DNA of 64,000 bases from Yuukianura sp. NJ FZ-2021 (taxonomy: Eukaryota), in NCBI GenBank assembly GCA_046563655.1, contig CM102284.1, positions 7,564,001 to 7,628,000 of the forward strand. The letters are read 5' to 3'. The notes beneath the pieces are model-generated. The model was not told the origin of the DNA and made no database searches. It saw nothing but the letters and a program-made list of their open reading frames with translations. Positions within the stretch are counted from its first letter, which is position 1, and each line of letters starts with the position of its first letter. Of the stretch, positions 12,818 to 23,889 are shown piece by piece. The translations under genes and the position numbers were made by a program.

Positions 12818-13997
12818 CAGTGATAGTTTTATGTTCTGTTCATGCAAATGAGCCTAATCTAAGCCACTCCTCCATCTCTCCAAGTAACTTCCCCTCGATC
12901 TTTTTTTCCCGCCGAAAGTTTGTTTCGGTTAAGAATTTTGCGCGGCAAATAAAATTCAACCGACACTTTTTCTTTGCTTCTTCGCTATCAGTTTGCTGTG
13001 CTCTTTTCTAGTAAAATTTCACTAGTTAAACTAACTAAACTAACTAACTACTTTAACTAACTTGCTACCAGTGTTGACGGACGCTTAAACGTCCAGTGGT
13101 TTAATTGCCCCTGCCACTGGATATCCAGTGGAAAAAATGTACCCAAAATGGACAAAACTATTAGTGGACAGAAGAAATCAAAAAGTTCTTTCGTCGTTAA
13201 AGTTAATTTAAATTTAAAATTTATTTAAAAACGATATTTACTTCGTTGTTGTACGGTATTTTCATTTGTTTAAGCTTTTTGTGTTCAATTAATTCTAACC
13301 CCGAGGGCAAAGCTCCGCCCCTTTGGATTCATCCATTTTGTACATTTCTTCCACTGCATATCCAGCCGTGGACGAAATGCCGAATAATAAGAGATCCACC
13401 AAAACTGCTGCTACACCTCCATATTCTGTATATTTTTTTTTCATTTCCATGCGCCTCTTGCTCAAATGTCTATGTAAAGCCAATTACTAATTAACATACT
13501 CACTTTGTTATAATTAAGGCAATAAATTCACCTTTACACTACCCGTAAAGCTTAATTACTAATTAATATTTCAAAACTAATTTTTTAATACAACTCTGGG
13601 AGGCGCAACACTCCACTAAATCAAACTTTCCGACAGAATGAACGAGTATTTGGGTTGGGGTAAGCTATAGTGGCCGTCATTGTATCCGCACACTCGTGCT
13701 TCCGTAAGCATCCGTGATTTTTAGTGGCTACAAGTACAACGGGTGGTGGCTACTCGACGCCAGCTTACGTTGCCACTTTATGTTAGGTAAAAGTCGTAAA
13801 ATTTCAGTTGCCACTCAGCTGTAGCCCTTATTGTATGTAGTGACTAAAATAGCGGGAGTCTACACTGTGGGGCTACAATGACGGTCGTTAATCCTTAGGG
13901 CGACCGTATTTCGGAACCGAGAGGGGAAGTTACTTGGAGAGATGGAGGAGTGGCTTAGATTAGGCTCATTTGCATGAACAGAACATAAAACTATCAC
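12818..13997. mobile_element. MITE / internally deleted Tc1-mariner-like DNA transposon with 77-bp perfect TIRs
   Basis: 12820-12896 is the exact reverse complement of 13921-13997. The left end reads TA-CAGTG as in Tc1-type termini; the right end lacks the final TG-TA. No transposase ORF. Confidence 0.85.
13652..13897. mobile_element. Small MITE nested in the Tc1-like element; same family as 49711-49908
   Basis: Imperfect TIRs TAAGCTATAGTGGCCGTCATTGTATCC / GGCTACAATGACGGTCGTTAATCCTTA. Both ends match the 49.7-kb copy in inverted orientation. Confidence 0.7.
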
Positions 13998-14211
13998 AAG
14001 TTCAAATAAATTAAGCTTCAATTACTTAAGTCAGCTGATTTTTCAGCTGACGATCAAGAGTGAATATCTAATGTGTATTCTGTAATATTGAATTCGCAGA
14101 TTTCCGTATTAAGAGGAAGGCGACGACGCTACTAATTAGGGGTGTGGCCAACACCAACCGGTTTGCGGTTACTCCAAAGAAAAGAAATCACAGAGCTGAC
14201 CTTGCTTGACC

Positions 14212-14424
14212 ATGAAGATGGTGCCTTTGACCTTAGTCTCCACAGCGGTGATGATGCTGATGATGATGCTTCCTGGAATTACTATTGTTCATGCAAAGGC
14301 CGACACGGAAGGACATCCATTTGATTTCGGAGATTTCGTGGCCGTGGTCATCCTGATTATCCTTACAATTGGCGGAGTTTTCGCATGTATTGGACACTAT
14401 GCCAGGAGCCTAACTGGGCGATGA
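14212..14424 (+). CDS. SMIM30: Small integral membrane protein 30-like microprotein (DUF4730), 70 aa
   Basis: Signal peptide ending ...IVHA, then FDFGDFVAVVILIILTIGGVFACIGHYARSLTGR, which matches the SMIM30 pattern GD(A/F)xAxx...GxxAC(L/I)GxYAR. AATAAA at 14605-14610. Confidence 0.8.
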   Translation: MKMVPLTLVSTAVMMLMMMLPGITIVHAKADTEGHPFDFGDFVAVVILIILTIGGVFACIGHYARSLTGR

Positions 14425-14665
14425 AGTATTGTGATTGTCTTGTCGTGATTTCAAACGTGTCAGAGCTTATGGCATCCAGAACCGGCCGAACAACCTGCCT
14501 TCAATGAAAATCAAACGTTTCGGACTGTTTAGTGCCTTCATGTAAATACTCAGAGTTATAATTTTGTAAGTCAATTTCTTATTATTATAATACTTTACAA
14601 TAACAATAAAATTCGACATCAATTAAAAACTTAAAGGTAAAGAATAATTCAGTGAAAAGCATAGT

Positions 14666-15939
14666 TTATGAAGACATGGATGTCACGAGTCGTGGCTCTT
14701 GGAAGTGTACCTCGGCAGGATCATGACACCGGTCAACGTCCTGTTCCAAGTCAGGTACAGGTAAATCCAAATCGAACTTTTCGTTCAACATTGTCACAAC
14801 TGCTGTCTTGGTTTTTAAATCATTAAAACGTCGTCTCTCTTCCTTAGTAAAGCGGGACTCTGTCATGAAGATCAAGTGACGATGGAATATCGTAAAGTGC
14901 GTATGGAGTTCGGAGTTGATTTCGACAAATCTTCGTATTACTTCATCCGGAGTGACTTCATGTCCAGCAAATATTCCAGGATTTTCTAATATTTTTCTAG
15001 CACTCATCACGCCTCTAACTCCAGTCAATTCTTGAACTCTGTAGGCGATTTCCAGGGAGTCGATGTCTCCATTTGCTATAACTGGAATGTCAAGGGAGTC
15101 CACTATCGTTTTCAGTGTGTCAAGACGGACCGGTTGACTCCTCTCTGCTCTCGTCCTCGCATGAACTGTTAGCCAGCTAATACCAGCGGCTTCAAGTTGT
15201 CGAGCCAAATCAACTGTTCTTTCAACACTGTCGAATACTCTGATTTTGGCTGAAACGGTGAACGAAGGATCCGAAATTCGGTTTCTTGTTTGTCGAAGGA
15301 TGTCGGCTGCAAGTTCTGGAGATCTCATAACGCCACATCCAAGTCCATCTTTGATAGCCCAGCTTTGTGGACATCCGCAGTTGAGGTCAATCCCATTACT
15401 GTGCCTAAGATAGAAGGTCAAATTAAAAGTTAGCATAGCAAGATTTACAAGTTACCGTCAATTGACAGCTTGTACTTACTCATAGACCATTTCCGCTGCT
15501 TCTGCTAAATAAACTGGATCTTTGGCCGCCATTTGCACAATTACAGGTTCGTCCCCTACATTTATTCATAAAATCAGCACTGCTGCTTCGTTAGTTAAGG
15601 CTTACTTCGGTACTAAACTTACTTTCATTAGTTATAAACTCGGCTAGTCGACATTTCTCCGACTTGACATAAGATTCGGCAATAATCATTGGTGTAAAGG
15701 CCAAATCACAGCCATACTCCCTTACCAGGAGACGGAACGGCAATCTAATAGTAATATGAAAATCGTAAAAATCAAAATGTATCAATCTTATTTCAATTAC
15801 TAATTCGATTGTCTAAGTCAAAATCGTTTGTTTACCCTTACTTTGAATACCTCACCATTGGAGCACACATTTTAACCAGGTTCGTTTTGTCTTCAAACAG
15901 TTCCATGATCCCCATGTCTTTATATCTTCCTTCCTTCAT
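14666..15939 (-). CDS. DUS4L: tRNA-dihydrouridine(20a/20b) synthase 4-like, 344 aa; exons 15939-15842, 15744-15623, 15555-15480, 15404-14666
   Basis: Motifs CAPMVRYSKLPFR, FTPMI, GIDLNCGCPQ, SAKIR, LTVHART, IANGDI, GVMSAR. All introns are GT-AG and the phases sum to 1035 nt. Confidence 0.95.
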
Positions 15940-16180
15940 TGTAGAAGTGTCCGTTTATAATCAAAATTAACTAATTAACTGAAAACTTATCAATTGCAAA
16001 CTGTAAGCACTGTAAAATGTGACAGATGAGAATGACGTAAACACATGTGAACGAAACTTATGCCATTTTAGTAAATAGCCTGCGGGAACTTCATTAAAGC
16101 CACATGGATAAAATCAGCTGTTTGACAATCAGGTGATGTCATAAACAAATCAAATCCCATGTGTTGTTTGTGGGTCTTGC

Positions 16181-16208
16181 TATCGATTTCAGTTTATCGC
16201 TATCGATA
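16181..16208. promoter_or_regulatory. DRE (DREF-type) elements in the divergent DUS4L/NADSYN1 promoter
   Basis: Perfect TATCGATA at 16201-16208 and TATCGATT at 16181-16188, in the 626-bp gap between two head-to-head housekeeping genes. Confidence 0.5.
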
Positions 16209-16565
16209 ATACGTTTAGATATCTTGTATCTATTAGTTTTCAAGTGGACCATACGTCCGCTCCAAGTCGTCCAAGTCAAATCGTAACTTGCTAAAAGCAT
16301 TCTGCATCGGTTTCAGGTTGACGTTAAGCTACTAGAGGTAAGCTTCTGTGACATGCTTTAATTCTATGTGAGTTTTGATTTGGATTCACGTCGAATGTCG
16401 ATCGACCAAACAAAAGTATTGATATAATTTTATGGTTTATGGGTGGGGTTGTGGATAGTGCAGTAGACTGGAGAATGGTATGTAGAGTTTGCTTTTACTT
16501 GAGTATAAGTAATTAAACGCTGGTTTTACAGTTACAAGAGTCCACGACAATCAGAGAGATCCATA

Positions 16566-19383
16566 ATGGAACTGGCAACAGTTTCATGTACGACATTGAA
16601 TCAATTTGCCCTGGACTTTGATGGAAACTGCCAGAGAATACTCAAGAGTATCGAGATTGCCAAGAATCAGGGCTCTCAATTTCGATGTGGTCCAGAACTG
16701 GAGATTACTGGCTATTCATGTGAAGATCACTTTCATGAATCAGACACGTTGACGCATTCCTGGGAAGTACTGGCCAAAATCATGACACATCAAACTTCGC
16801 AAGGAATTCTGGTGGATATTGGAATGCCGATTATGCATCGTTGCGTGACCTACAACTGTCGTGTCGTTTTCCTAAACCGGTAAACTACTAACTATGCTTC
16901 CCAAACTAATACTTTTAGGAATGCTTGTGCTTGATCTGGTGACTTTGTTTTGTTGTTTAGAAAAATCCTCCTGATCCGTCCGAAGATATTCCTGTGCGAT
17001 GACGGTAACTATCGAGAGTCGAGATGGTTCACTGCTTGGTCAAACGTAAGTCTCGTCCAGCATTTAGCTCACGCTGCAGGTTCCTTATGATAGTATTTTA
17101 TTTCAGCGTCGACAAATCGAAGATTTCCAGTTGCCTCCAATCATCCAGAAAATAACTGGACAAAAAACTGTTCCCTTCGGGGATGCTCTTCTTCAACTGA
17201 ATCAGACAGTAGTTGGATTTGAAATCTGCGAAGAATTGTGGTCTCCGCGGAGTACACACATTGATCAGAGTCTAGCCGGAGCTGAAATTATTGTCAACGG
17301 ATCCGGATCTCATGCTGAAATACGAAAAGCTTCTTATGCTCTTACGTTAATCAAATCAGCAACATCCAAGTGCGGTGGCCTCTACGTTTTCAGCAATCTT
17401 CGAGGATGTGACGGTCAGCGAGTTTACCTCAACGGAAGTTCCAGCATTGTGCTCAATGGAAATTCGCTCGTCTTAGGAGAGCAGTATTCTCCTATCGACG
17501 TTGTAAGTTTTCGTAAAAAGTTTAATCACATTCCTGAATTTTCAATGTTGTCAATTGGTTTATCGTAGGAGGTTCACACCGTCGCAGTCGACCTGTCAGA
17601 GATACGAAACTATCGAAACTGGATCCGCAGCAGATGTAGTCAGTCGGACGCTTCTCCATCTTATCCGATGATTTCAGTGGATTGGTCGCTCTCGTCCAAG
17701 GGCATGACCTTGACACTTCCTTTGGCAAAGGAGGAATTCTGCAGTCCAGAAGAAGAAATTGCACGAGGACCTGCACTTTGGCTTTGGGATTACTTGAGAC
17801 GCTCCTCTGCTTCTGGATTTTTTCTGCCGTTGAGTGGTGGTGTGGACTCGGCAAGTGTAGCGCTCATTGTGTATTCCATGTGCCATCTTGTTGTGAATCA
17901 TGTGCTGGACAAGTATCCCGGTGCTCATGAAGTTTTGAAGGACATGAGAAAGGTGTGTCCATTTTAGAATTAAATTATTTTCAAAAACAATTTTTCAAAA
18001 TTCATTGAAATTTTCTCAGATTCTTAGAGATGAGGCCTTTGTTCCGACGACTGCAAAGGACCTGTGTGGACTTCTGTTTACGACGTGCTACATGGGCAGT
18101 GAGAACACTTCGGTGGGAACGCGCCGACGTGCTACGGAATTGGCAGCAGCTATTGGCAGGTCAGACCTGATAGGTTACGGTTCTAGATTTCTCCGTAAAT
18201 TTTGAAAACTACCACCCACCCTGTACTACATTTCTGAAATTCTGATTTTTTTCGTATTTAGTCGCCATCTGAACATTGACATCTCACCAGTTGTCACTGC
18301 TTTCGTGGATCAAGTCACAACTTCAGCTTTAAATAACAACCGTCCAGTGTTTGGTGCAACGCAAGCAGAAAACTTGGCACTCCAGAATGTCCAAGCAAGA
18401 AGTCGTATGGTCTATGCCTACCTGTTGGCGCAGTTATGTCCGTGGTCAGTCGGGAAAAATGGGTAAGACCTTACCAAATATGTCAAAGGTCAAACATTTT
18501 GCCAGAAAATGCTTAAATTTTGAAAGTTTCCTGGTGTTTACCAACAATTTTGTGTCCAGATTTCTTTTAGTCTTGGGTTCGGCCAATGTCGACGAAGCCA
18601 TTCGTGGATACTTTACAAAGTACGACTGCTCTGCTGCCGACTTGAATCCAATCGGTGGTATTTCTAAAACGGACCTCAACAGCTTCATTCTGCATGCCAG
18701 TGAAAAGTAAAAAGTCAAGTATTTAGACATACTGACAATATTTATATAGTTGGATATTTTCTGCAGATTCTCGTTCCCCACCGTTAAAGAAATTGTGGCA
18801 GCTCCACCTACCGCAGAACTTGCTCCGCTCACGATGAATCAAACGGATGAAGAAGACATGGGAATGACCTATGCTGAATTGTCTGATTTTGGAAAGTTAC
18901 GTCTGCCTGGATCGTGTGGTCCGTTTTCAATGGTCGCTCGGTTGTTGCATTTGTGGAAAGATCGACATTCACCTGACGAAATTTCAAGAAAAGTCAAACA
19001 CTTTTACGTTTCTTACGCTTCAAATCGGTATGTTACCCACCATGATACAGAAAAAAAGAACACAGAATTTAGCCTCTTTTTCTCAAAATATGATTGAATT
19101 TTGGTTTTTAGTCACAAGATGTCCACTCTGACTCCAGCATGTCACATGGAATCCTACGGTCCGGAAGATCATCGCTATGACTTGCGTCCCATGTTCTACC
19201 CGAATTTCAAATGGCAATTTCAAAAAATTGATGAAATGGTGAGCAATGGAACAAATTCGGACTTTCTCTGGAATGTTAAGGCTAACGTTGAATTCATCAA
19301 AAATTATACAACTTTTTATTTCGTTTTCCTTACAGGTTGAGTCACACAAATTAGAAAAGAAGCAAGAGTCAGAAGTGGATTGA
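16566..19383 (+). CDS. NADSYN1: Glutamine-dependent NAD+ synthetase, copy A (10 coding exons)
   Basis: Nitrilase-fold triad motifs GPELEI, IRPK and EICEELW. Synthetase motifs [52 protein letters not shown] introns in phase; ends [18 protein letters not shown]. Confidence 0.97.
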
Positions 19384-20109
19384 AACAAAAAACTTAGAAG
19401 TGGATGAGTCATGGTTTAACTCTGAGAATAATTTCTTAGACTACTTGATAACGACTAAACTAATTACAGTTTTTAGCCACATGCGACATGTCATTGTCAT
19501 TGCAAATTGATTTCGTCGACACCGTATTAGAAGCAGTTTACTATTCAAATTCAAAGTTCAGCGATTTTCCCTTTTTGTTTTACTCAAAAAAAGTAGTAAT
19601 TTCATTTTAGTTTGTAAATATTTAGATCAAGTTTTCCACAGAAGCAAAGTTAAAGCAACCACTTACTTTTAGTTAAAATTTTATACCTTTAAAAATTGCC
19701 GAAATTTTGGAAAGAATAATTTAGAGTTTCGGCAATTTTCCAAATTTTGGAAAGGAATGTTGCGTTTTTCGTATTCTATGCTCAGTTAACGCAGTTATAA
19801 TAATTTGCCCTTATTCTTTTTGTTAAGAGTATGTTTGCCTGCAATTGCAATTAAGCTCACACATAAATATTTTTTGCTTCTAAACTTCTAAAGTGGTCCA
19901 CTATCAATCCGATGATCAGTCTACTTTTTTATGCATTTTGTGCATGTGGTATAGAGATCGTGCTGGACATGTAGCTTCAAACCAGCCGCGGTCTTTCATT
20001 TTCAAGGTTACTTTTACAAGGTTACCGTACGTTCGTTTAAGTTTTAGAGCTGGTCGAAATTCACACTTTTCAACAGTGTTTATCGTAACAAAAATTTAGG
20101 AGATCCATA

Positions 20110-22911
20110 ATGGAACTGGCAACAGTTTCGTGTACAACGTTGAATCAATTTGCCCTGGACTTTGATGGAAACTGCCAGCGAATACTCAAGAGTATTGAAA
20201 TAGCCAAGGGTCAAGGTTCTCGGTTTCGTTGTGGTCCGGAACTGGAGATTACTGGCTATTCATGTGAAGATCACTTTCATGAATCAGATACGTTGGCGCA
20301 TTCCTGGGAAGTACTGGCTGAAATCATGACACATCAAACTTCTCAAGGAATTCTGGTGGACATTGGAATGCCGATTATGCATCATTGCGTGACCTACAAC
20401 TGTCGTGTCGTTTTCCTAAACCGGTAAACTACTAACTATACTTCCCAACCTAATACTTTTAGGAATGCTTATGCTTGATCTGGTGACCTTGTTTTCGTTT
20501 CTCAGAAAAATCTTGCTGATCCGTCCGAAATTATTGTTGTGTGACGACGGTAATTACCGGGAATCGAGATGGTTCACTGCTTGGCCAAAAGTAAGTTTTG
20601 TCCTGCATCTGAGAAATGAAAGTAAACATTCATTTTGGTGATTTTTTTTCCTATTTCAGCGTCGACAAATCGAAGATTTCCAGTTGCCTCCAATTATCCA
20701 GAAAATAACTGGACAAAAAACTGTTCCCTTCGGGGATGCTCTTCTACAACTGAATCAGACAGTAGTTGGATTTGAAATCTGCGAAGAATTGTGGTCTCCG
20801 CGGAGTACGCACATTGATCAGAGTCTAGCCGGAGCTGAAATTATCGTCAACGGATCTGGATCTTATGCTGAAATACCAAAAGCTTCTTATGCCCTTATGT
20901 TAATCAAGTCAGCAACATCCAAGTGCGGTGGCCTCTACGTTTTCAGCAATCTTCGAGGATGTGACGGTCAGCGAGTTTACCTTAACGGAAGTTCCAGCAT
21001 TGTGCTCAATGGAAATTCGCTCGTCTTAGGAGAGCAGTATTCTCCTATCGACGTTGTAAGTTCGTAATCCTAAACATTATCATCACATTCCTGAATTTTC
21101 AATGTTGTCAATTGGTTTATCGTAGGAGGTTCATACCGTCGCAGTCGACCTGTCAGAGATACGAAATTATCGAAACTGGATCCGCAGTAGATGTAGTCAG
21201 TCTGATGCCTCTCCATCTTATCCGATGATTTCGGTGGATTGGTCACTTGCTTCCAAGGGCATGACCTTGACACTGCCTTTGGCAAAGGAGGAATTTTGCA
21301 GTCCAGAAGAAGAAATTGCACGAGGACCTGCACTTTGGCTTTGGGATTACTTAAGGCGCTCGTCTGCTTCTGGATTTTTTCTGCCGTTGAGTGGTGGTGT
21401 GGACTCGGCAAGTGTAGCGCTCATTGTGTATTCCATGTGCCATCTTGTGGTTCAGCATGTGCTGGACAAGTATCCCGGTGCCGATGAAGTTTTGCAGGAC
21501 CTAAGGAAAGTGTGAATTTTAAAATTTAGTTGTTTGTCAAAAACGATTTTTCAAAAATTTGGACTGAAATTGTTCCAGATCCTGCAAGATGAGTCATTTG
21601 TTCCGACGACTGCAAAGGAACTGTGCGGACTACTGTTTACGACATGCTACATGGGCAGTGAGAACTCTTCGGTGGGAACGCGCCGACGTGCTACGGAATT
21701 GGCAGCATCAATTGACAGGTCCGCTTGCTGAATTTACTTAAAAAATTTTTTATAAAGAAACCTACCACGCGATTTCTAAAATTTTAACTTCTTGTTCCAG
21801 CAATCATCTGAACATTGACATCTCACCAGTTGTCACTGCTTGCCTAGATCAAGTGACAACGTCAGCTTTTGACAAGAAACGTCCAGTGTTTGGTGCAACG
21901 CGAGCACAAAACTTGGCACTCCAGAATGTCCAAACAAGAAGTCGTATGGTCTATGCTTATCTGTTGGCGCAGTTATGTCCATGGTCAGTTGGAAAAAATG
22001 GGTAAAAACAGTTTGGTCAAGGTCAAATTATATTTGGTTAATTTCAAAACGTTGAATTTTGTCGAACTTTTTTTCAGATTTCTTTTGGTTTTGGCTTCTT
22101 CTAACGTTAACGAAGCAATTTTTGGTTACTTAACGAAGTACGACTGTTCTGCTGCCGATTTGAATCCAATCGGTGGCATATCCAAAACGGATCTCAAAAG
22201 CTTCGTTCTACATGCCAGTCAAAAGTAAAGTCAACTACATTTTCTGAGATACTGGCAGCATTTATACAGTTCAATCCCTCCTTCAGGTTCGACTTCCCCA
22301 GCATTAAAGAAATTGTGGCAGCTCCACCTACAGCAGAACTTGCTCCGCTCGAGACGAATCAAAATGACGAAGAAGACATGGGGATGACCCATGCTGAATT
22401 GTCCGATTTTGGAAAGCTACGTCTGCCAGAATGCTGTGGTCCGTTTTCAATGGTCGCTCGGTTGTTGCATTTGTGGAAAGATCGACATTCTCCTGACGAA
22501 ATTTCAAGAAAAGTGAAACACTTTTACGTTTCTTACGCCTCAAATCGGTAAGTCACCTATCATGATAAAAAAAAGAGCAAAAAACAAAGAATTTAGCTTC
22601 TTCTTTTGTCAAAATGTGATTGAATTTATGTTTTTAGCCACAAAATGTCCACTCTGACTCCAGCTTGTCACATGGAATCCTACGGTCTGGAAGATCATCG
22701 TTACGACTTGCGTCCCATGTTCTACCCGAGTTTCAAATGGCAATTTCAAAAAATTGATGAAATGGTGAGCAATGGAACAAATTCGGAGTGATTCTCTGGA
22801 ATGTTAACGCTAAAGTTTGATTCATCAAAAATTAGACAACTTTTTATTTCGTTTTCCCTACAGGTTGAGTCACACAAATTAGAAAAGAAGCAAGAGTCAG
22901 AAGTAGATTGA
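20110..22911 (+). CDS. NADSYN1: Glutamine-dependent NAD+ synthetase, tandem copy B (intact frame, divergent)
   Basis: Same 10-exon structure with no stop or frameshift found. Several substitutions at conserved motifs (see findings). Confidence 0.92.
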
Positions 22912-23889
22912 ATGAAACAAAAAACTTGAAGTGAAGCGAAGGAAGGAGTAATTGTTTGATCGTGAGAATAATTTCTTTGACTAATTGATAACGACTAAAT
23001 TAATTACACTTTCTACAGCAACATGCGACATGCCATTGTCATTGCAAATTGAGTTAGTCACGTCATAAGCAGCGATTACTATGCAATGTTCAGCGTTTTT
23101 TTTTCTGTTTTAGTGAAAATGATGCTACTTGCTTTAATTTGAAAATATTTAGATATTCAAAACCGAAAGTAAAGAAGCCATTTCTCAGTTAAGACTTTAA
23201 ACATGTAAAAATGGTCGAAATTTTGGAAAAAGTTCATAATTTCGGCAATTTTTCAAATTTTGGATTCAAACGTTACGATGTTCGTATTTTATGAGAGATG
23301 TAAACATGTTATTATGCAATTCTAAACACAGGAAGTGCTGGTATAGTTGTTGGGCTTGACCTTGAGTGATTGTTTTTAGTTGGTTTGCGGTTAAACCGGA
23401 ACAAGGCGATATAATTTAAAAGGTCACATGCTCGCAGTTAATTCAGTTATAATAATTTGACCTTACTCTTTTTGTTAAGAGGATGTTTGCCAGCAATTGG
23501 CACACACATAAATATTTTTTGCTTCTAAAGTGTTAAGTGGTCCACTCTTACTCTATGAAGAGTCTACTTTTTATGAATTTGTGCATAAGTGATATAGCGA
23601 TCCTGCTGGACATGTTGCGTCAAGTGTAGCCTCTGACTCTCGACAATTTTCATTTTCAAGGCTTCGTTCATTGTAGTTTTAGAGCTGGTCGAAACTCATA
23701 CTTTTCAAGTGTGTTTATCGTAGCAAACATTTAGCAAAGTGCCAAAACTGTAGATTATTATTCTGGACTCAACATAAGTACAAACAAAGGCATTTGAATC
23801 CCAATTTTATTTTTTCATAATTGAAAACTTTGAGAGTTTAGTGACAAATTTAGTGAAAGTTCAATCTATTGAAAGTAACTTAAAACAAC

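Noticed and set aside
17522-21411. Paired antisense ORFs ([12 protein letters not shown]...) present in both NADSYN1 copies
   Set aside because: Their conservation is explained by the duplicated sense-strand exon.
16556-23734. NADSYN1 duplication as an assembly or haplotype artefact
   Set aside because: Introns and flanks are substantially diverged with indels, substitutions are asymmetric, and there is a defined novel junction. Read depth would still be the decisive test.
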